Below are positions 60,992 to 64,000 of a stretch of 64,000 nt of DNA, in pieces. Under the pieces are notes generated by a model. That model was given only the letters and a program-made list of their open reading frames with translations, searched no databases and had not been told where the DNA came from. Position numbers and translations under genes: made by a program. This DNA is from an uncultured archaeon (GTDB lineage: Archaea > Asgardarchaeota > Thorarchaeia > Thorarchaeales > Thorarchaeaceae), in the NCBI GenBank assembly GCA_964631415.1, contig CAZVZC010000002.1, positions 28,738 to 92,737 of the forward strand, given 5' to 3'. The stretch's first letter is position 1, and every line of letters starts with the position of its first letter.

Positions 60992-61110
60992 TCTGGGGAC
61001 CTGTGTTCCACTCACGACTCTCTCCTCCTAAGCGAACACGAGTATGCTCTGGAAAATCTCCTCCTTTCTCGAAGGTCCCCACTCACTCATTCTCGTGAGA
61101 GAGAGTGCGG
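60992..61110 (+). ncRNA. Candidate structured small RNA 3 (or the 3' domain of RNA 2)
   Basis: Stem TGGGGACCT 60994-61002/AGGTCCCCA 61073-61081 encloses GTGTTC/GAACAC and GGAAA/TTTCT hairpins with CTCC-rich loops. Confidence 0.5.
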
Positions 61111-61229
61111 CATGATTATGAATACAACTTCGCAACTGAATCGACCTGTTGCTTGACTTCGGCCTCTAGAGCCGAAACCAGCAGCAAGTTTTAAAGGCTC
61201 ATCCAGACGGGCAGCACCAGGAGCCAGAC

Positions 61230-61688
61230 ATGTCAGTAGCAAGGAAAGTGGTTGACAGCACATTTCAGAGAGTCTTAAGCCACATCGGTGAGATTGTGAG
61301 GTCTATCATCCTCCTGATCATCATCTGTATTCCGCTTGCCTATGCCGTGCCGATGTGGATTCAGCACGTTGCGTTTGGCGTACCCTTCTCGAGCCTTATC
61401 ATTGACCCAGTGGCATGGTTTGGGACCAATGGTGCTGTCCTCGTGATCTTGTTGCTTGCGGCCGTAAGCCTGGTTTTAGGATACGCATACGTTTCAAAGA
61501 TGGCCCCGAAGCCAGAGGTAACCCCGTCAGCCAAGAAGACAGCTCCTGAAGAAGAAGGAGCCGAGGAAGAGGAGCCAGAGATCGAAGCTGAAACCGTCGC
61601 CGAAGAAGCAGAAGAAGTGGGCGAAGTAGAGGCTCCTTCGGAAGAGGCAGGCGAGGACGACACAGACACTTCCGACTCGGAGAGCTGA
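61230..61688 (+). CDS. Two-TM membrane protein with an acidic C-terminal tail
   Basis: AGGAG SD, TTTTAAA upstream, two hydrophobic segments, Glu-rich tail. Confidence 0.8.
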   Translation: MSVARKVVDSTFQRVLSHIGEIVRSIILLIIICIPLAYAVPMWIQHVAFGVPFSSLIIDPVAWFGTNGAVLVILLLAAVSLVLGYAYVSKMAPKPEVTPSAKKTAPEEEGAEEEEPEIEAETVAEEAEEVGEVEAPSEEAGEDDTDTSDSES

Positions 61689-61812
61689 TATATCGCTACG
61701 GGTCGTCCACGTTCCGAACTGGAATCGAACCTTGAGCAATCGATCTCCGCGACACTTCTGCCACTGCTTTGCCTTTGTGCTTCATGACAACCCGATGTGC
61801 CAAAGTACACCT

Positions 61813-62640
61813 TCATGCACTCGAAAGGTCGCGCTTAAGGAAAAGTCGCACAACCTCCAGTGCCAAGTCCTTGGATGAGGCAGCAACGAAGGCCATTCTC
61901 TGCTGCATGTCTATCGGGAGCCTGAGTCTTTTGCCAAGCATGTCGACAACATAGCCTTGGCCCTCTACCACCATGTGGGTTCCAGACACATGGACTATAG
62001 GTAGTACTCTCCGAAGGTCAGCCATCGCATCCAAGGCGCCAGTTGCGGTCCAGCAGAGATCGAGCAGGTTGCTGCCACTCCTGCGTATATCCTTCGCTGA
62101 AGATATCACCCTCCGTGAGCCCGATGCGAAGTCGTCATGCCATGGAGCTTTTGTGTCGTAGGAAATGACTGCCTGTGCAAGAGGCTTCGGAGTTGCCACT
62201 CTGGCCGGCTTGCCGTTCCTCTGGAGACCCTTTCCTCTCTGTGCAACATAGGTCTCGTTCGTGAAATATGACTCGATAACACTGATCTCAATGTTGTCTG
62301 TGGTCATTCTTTCGGAAAATGGCACTACGGAGATACCGCCAGAACACAAGGGTATGCCGCGCTCAAGATTGGCAGAACCGTCGACAGGGTCTACAATCGC
62401 GAGGTATTCTGGTTGTCTGCCCGAGTCAATCAGGCCGCGTTCCTCGGTCACAATCATGAATGACGTGCCTGATTCATCCAGCACTCTGACAATCTCATCT
62501 TCAGACACTCTGTCTGCTAACAGTGTCTGGTCACCAAAAGGGTTCATTGTCCCGGTGGTTTCCGACCTGCGAGACAGGTTGTCGACGACCGCTCTGCGTG
62601 CCGACAGCAGTGCATTCTTCAGGATTCGGACGAGTGTCAA
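61813..62640 (-). CDS. Inositol monophosphatase/FBPase family protein
   Basis: GD.T..AD, TEE.G, DPVDGSAN, RRSGS; GGAGGT SD before TTG 62640. Confidence 0.88.
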   Translation of the reverse strand: MTLVRILKNALLSARRAVVDNLSRRSETTGTMNPFGDQTLLADRVSEDEIVRVLDESGTSFMIVTEERGLIDSGRQPEYLAIVDPVDGSANLERGIPLCSGGISVVPFSERMTTDNIEISVIESYFTNETYVAQRGKGLQRNGKPARVATPKPLAQAVISYDTKAPWHDDFASGSRRVISSAKDIRRSGSNLLDLCWTATGALDAMADLRRVLPIVHVSGTHMVVEGQGYVVDMLGKRLRLPIDMQQRMAFVAASSKDLALEVVRLFLKRDLSSA

Positions 62641-62704
62641 TCTGATACCTCCGGTGCTCTGCGTGCGCTGTGGCGTTGTCAGCCACTCAGCGAAGCTCAA
62701 ATCC

Positions 62705-62710
62705 TTTAAA
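62705..62710. promoter_or_regulatory. Palindromic TTTAAA TATA box between the divergent IMPase and Snf7 genes
   Basis: Only AT-rich box in the 118-bp spacer; reads the same on both strands. Confidence 0.45.
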
Positions 62711-62758
62711 TGTGTCAGGGTAGGAGTTCATTCGATAAGGGCAATACCGGTGAAGATG

Positions 62759-63418
62759 ATGGGCTTCCTAAGCGGTAAGAAGAAAGTCGATGCCGAACGG
62801 GGAATCCTCGAGATCAAGGGCACCATGAATGCAATGACGCTGAGGATTCGAAGACTTGAGACACGGATGGGTGAAGAGAGGAAATCCGCAAAGGAGGCGA
62901 TGGCGGAGGGCGACAGGTCAGCGGCGAGATCGCACCTTTCGATTGTGACTGACCTAGAAACCAGAAGAGGAAGATACCACCAGCAATACCTCACTTTGGA
63001 GACCGCGCTCCTGAACATCGAGGAAGCGAAGGACCAGACAGAGGTTCTGAGAGCATTCAAGACAGCCAACAATGCTTTGACACAAGCGAGGGCTATGCTC
63101 AGCCCTGTTGAAATCCAGGCACAGCTGGAAAGGCTGTCTCAGTCATTTGAGCAGATCTCAATCGCCGGCGAACTCCTGTCAGAGGATCTATCAACGACAG
63201 GCAGCACTGTTGAGATGGACGAGAAGGTCGAACGCGAACTGCAGGCTATGGAGGCTGAGATACTGCTTGAGAAGGAGGGAGTGCTTCCACCTCTTCGGGC
63301 AGAGAGAGGAAAACAGCCGGCCGCAAAGAAGACTCCCGAGGAAAAGCGCGTTGACGAGATGCTGGCTGACCTTGAGAGAGAGGCTAAGGAAGAGAGGGAA
63401 AAAGAGGCTCAAGGATAG
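62759..63418 (+). CDS. ESCRT-III Snf7-family protein (Vps20/32/60-like)
   Basis: MGFLSGKKK start, AKEAMAEGDRSAAR..L, L..LE....NIEEA....EVL.A...AN.AL, DE..VEREL..ME acidic tail. The track's 62261 start is an over-extension antisense to the IMPase gene. Confidence 0.88.
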   Translation: MGFLSGKKKVDAERGILEIKGTMNAMTLRIRRLETRMGEERKSAKEAMAEGDRSAARSHLSIVTDLETRRGRYHQQYLTLETALLNIEEAKDQTEVLRAFKTANNALTQARAMLSPVEIQAQLERLSQSFEQISIAGELLSEDLSTTGSTVEMDEKVERELQAMEAEILLEKEGVLPPLRAERGKQPAAKKTPEEKRVDEMLADLEREAKEEREKEAQG

Positions 63419-63454
63419 CCGATGCGGCTCTGCGACTCCTTCGCTGGTGCATTC

Positions 63455-64000
63455 ATGAAGATCAGGCTAGTGGTTTTTGACGTCGACGGTACGTTGACCC
63501 GCCACAACAGCATATGGTGGCGCCTTCACGAAGTCTTCGGAACTGAGAAGAAGGGCAAGGCCTTCTTTGACCAGTTCTTCGCAGGAGAGATCACATACGA
63601 CCAGTGGGCGCACTACGATGCGGCCCTGTGGTCTGGGAAATCTCTGAAGGAAGTCATGAGGGTGGTTCGTGAAACAGAACTGGTCCCTGGAGCCATAGAA
63701 ACAGTCCGAGCATTGAAGAACGCTGGGATATCAGTCGCAATCCTGTCGGGAGGAGTGGACCTGCTCGCAGATGATGTTGCTAAGCGTGTTGGGATCGACT
63801 ACGTCCTGACTAACAAGCTTCAGCATTCAAGAGGACGGCTGACCGGTGAGGTCGAAGTACATGTGGGATGGGGCGAGAAAGTGCAAGAGATCTCCCAGAT
63901 AGTCGATCACTTCGGTGTTACCCTTGATGAAACGGCATTCATTGGTGACGGTCGGAACGATGTGAGCGTCTTCAAGTGCGTGGCTCTCTCCATTGCTTTC
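63455..64000 (+). CDS. HAD-superfamily phosphatase (phosphoserine phosphatase-like, subfamily IB), runs off the window
   Basis: MKIRLVVFDVDGTL, ILSGG, K, IGDGRND motifs read directly from the DNA. Confidence 0.9.
   Translation, partial: MKIRLVVFDVDGTLTRHNSIWWRLHEVFGTEKKGKAFFDQFFAGEITYDQWAHYDAALWSGKSLKEVMRVVRETELVPGAIETVRALKNAGISVAILSGGVDLLADDVAKRVGIDYVLTNKLQHSRGRLTGEVEVHVGWGEKVQEISQIVDHFGVTLDETAFIGDGRNDVSVFKCVALSIAF

Noticed and set aside
60402-61098. Small ORFs across the 60.4-61.1 kb gap
   Set aside because: They overlap in conflicting frames with no SD or motif support. Base-pairing structure explains the region better.
1-64000. tRNA, rRNA, SRP/RNase P RNA, CRISPR array, IS elements
   Set aside because: No signature was recognised by eye in intergenic regions. 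tRNAscan-SE and Infernal would be needed to exclude them formally.

Overview
Gene-dense archaeal DNA, most likely from an Asgard archaeon and probably Thorarchaeia-like. This is inferred from an archaeal histone, eS25, archaeal GluRS and AOR, plus eukaryotic-signature proteins: a Vps22/36-type ESCRT-II domain, a Snf7-type ESCRT-III, a longin-fused small GTPase and a longin/uDENN-wHTH protein. The first 9.8 kb is one uninterrupted minus-strand ORF (>3250 aa, absent from the ORF track because it runs off the window) encoding a secreted Ig-like-repeat surface protein with 300-bp internal repeats. The rest holds translation/tRNA-modification genes, a putative membrane-trafficking cluster (16.7-22.4 kb), two tandem DapA-family aldolase-Fae fusions, two large unknown proteins, a P-type ATPase, an amino-acid fermentation region (AOR, Fe-S protein, IlvE, three Glu/Leu/Phe/Val dehydrogenases, a duplicated Lrp-like regulator) and nucleotide/sugar-phosphate enzymes. 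The best candidates for new biology are: (1) the aldolase-Fae pair, whose Fae domains keep complementary halves of the Fae motif set; (2) a structured noncoding region at 60.5-61.1 kb that looks like 2-3 small RNAs with anti-Shine-Dalgarno-like CUCC loops; (3) an ESCRT-II domain fused to a coiled-coil family that has a stand-alone paralog in the same window. No tRNA, rRNA, CRISPR array or transposase was recognised. All family calls come from reading motifs by eye, not from database searches.
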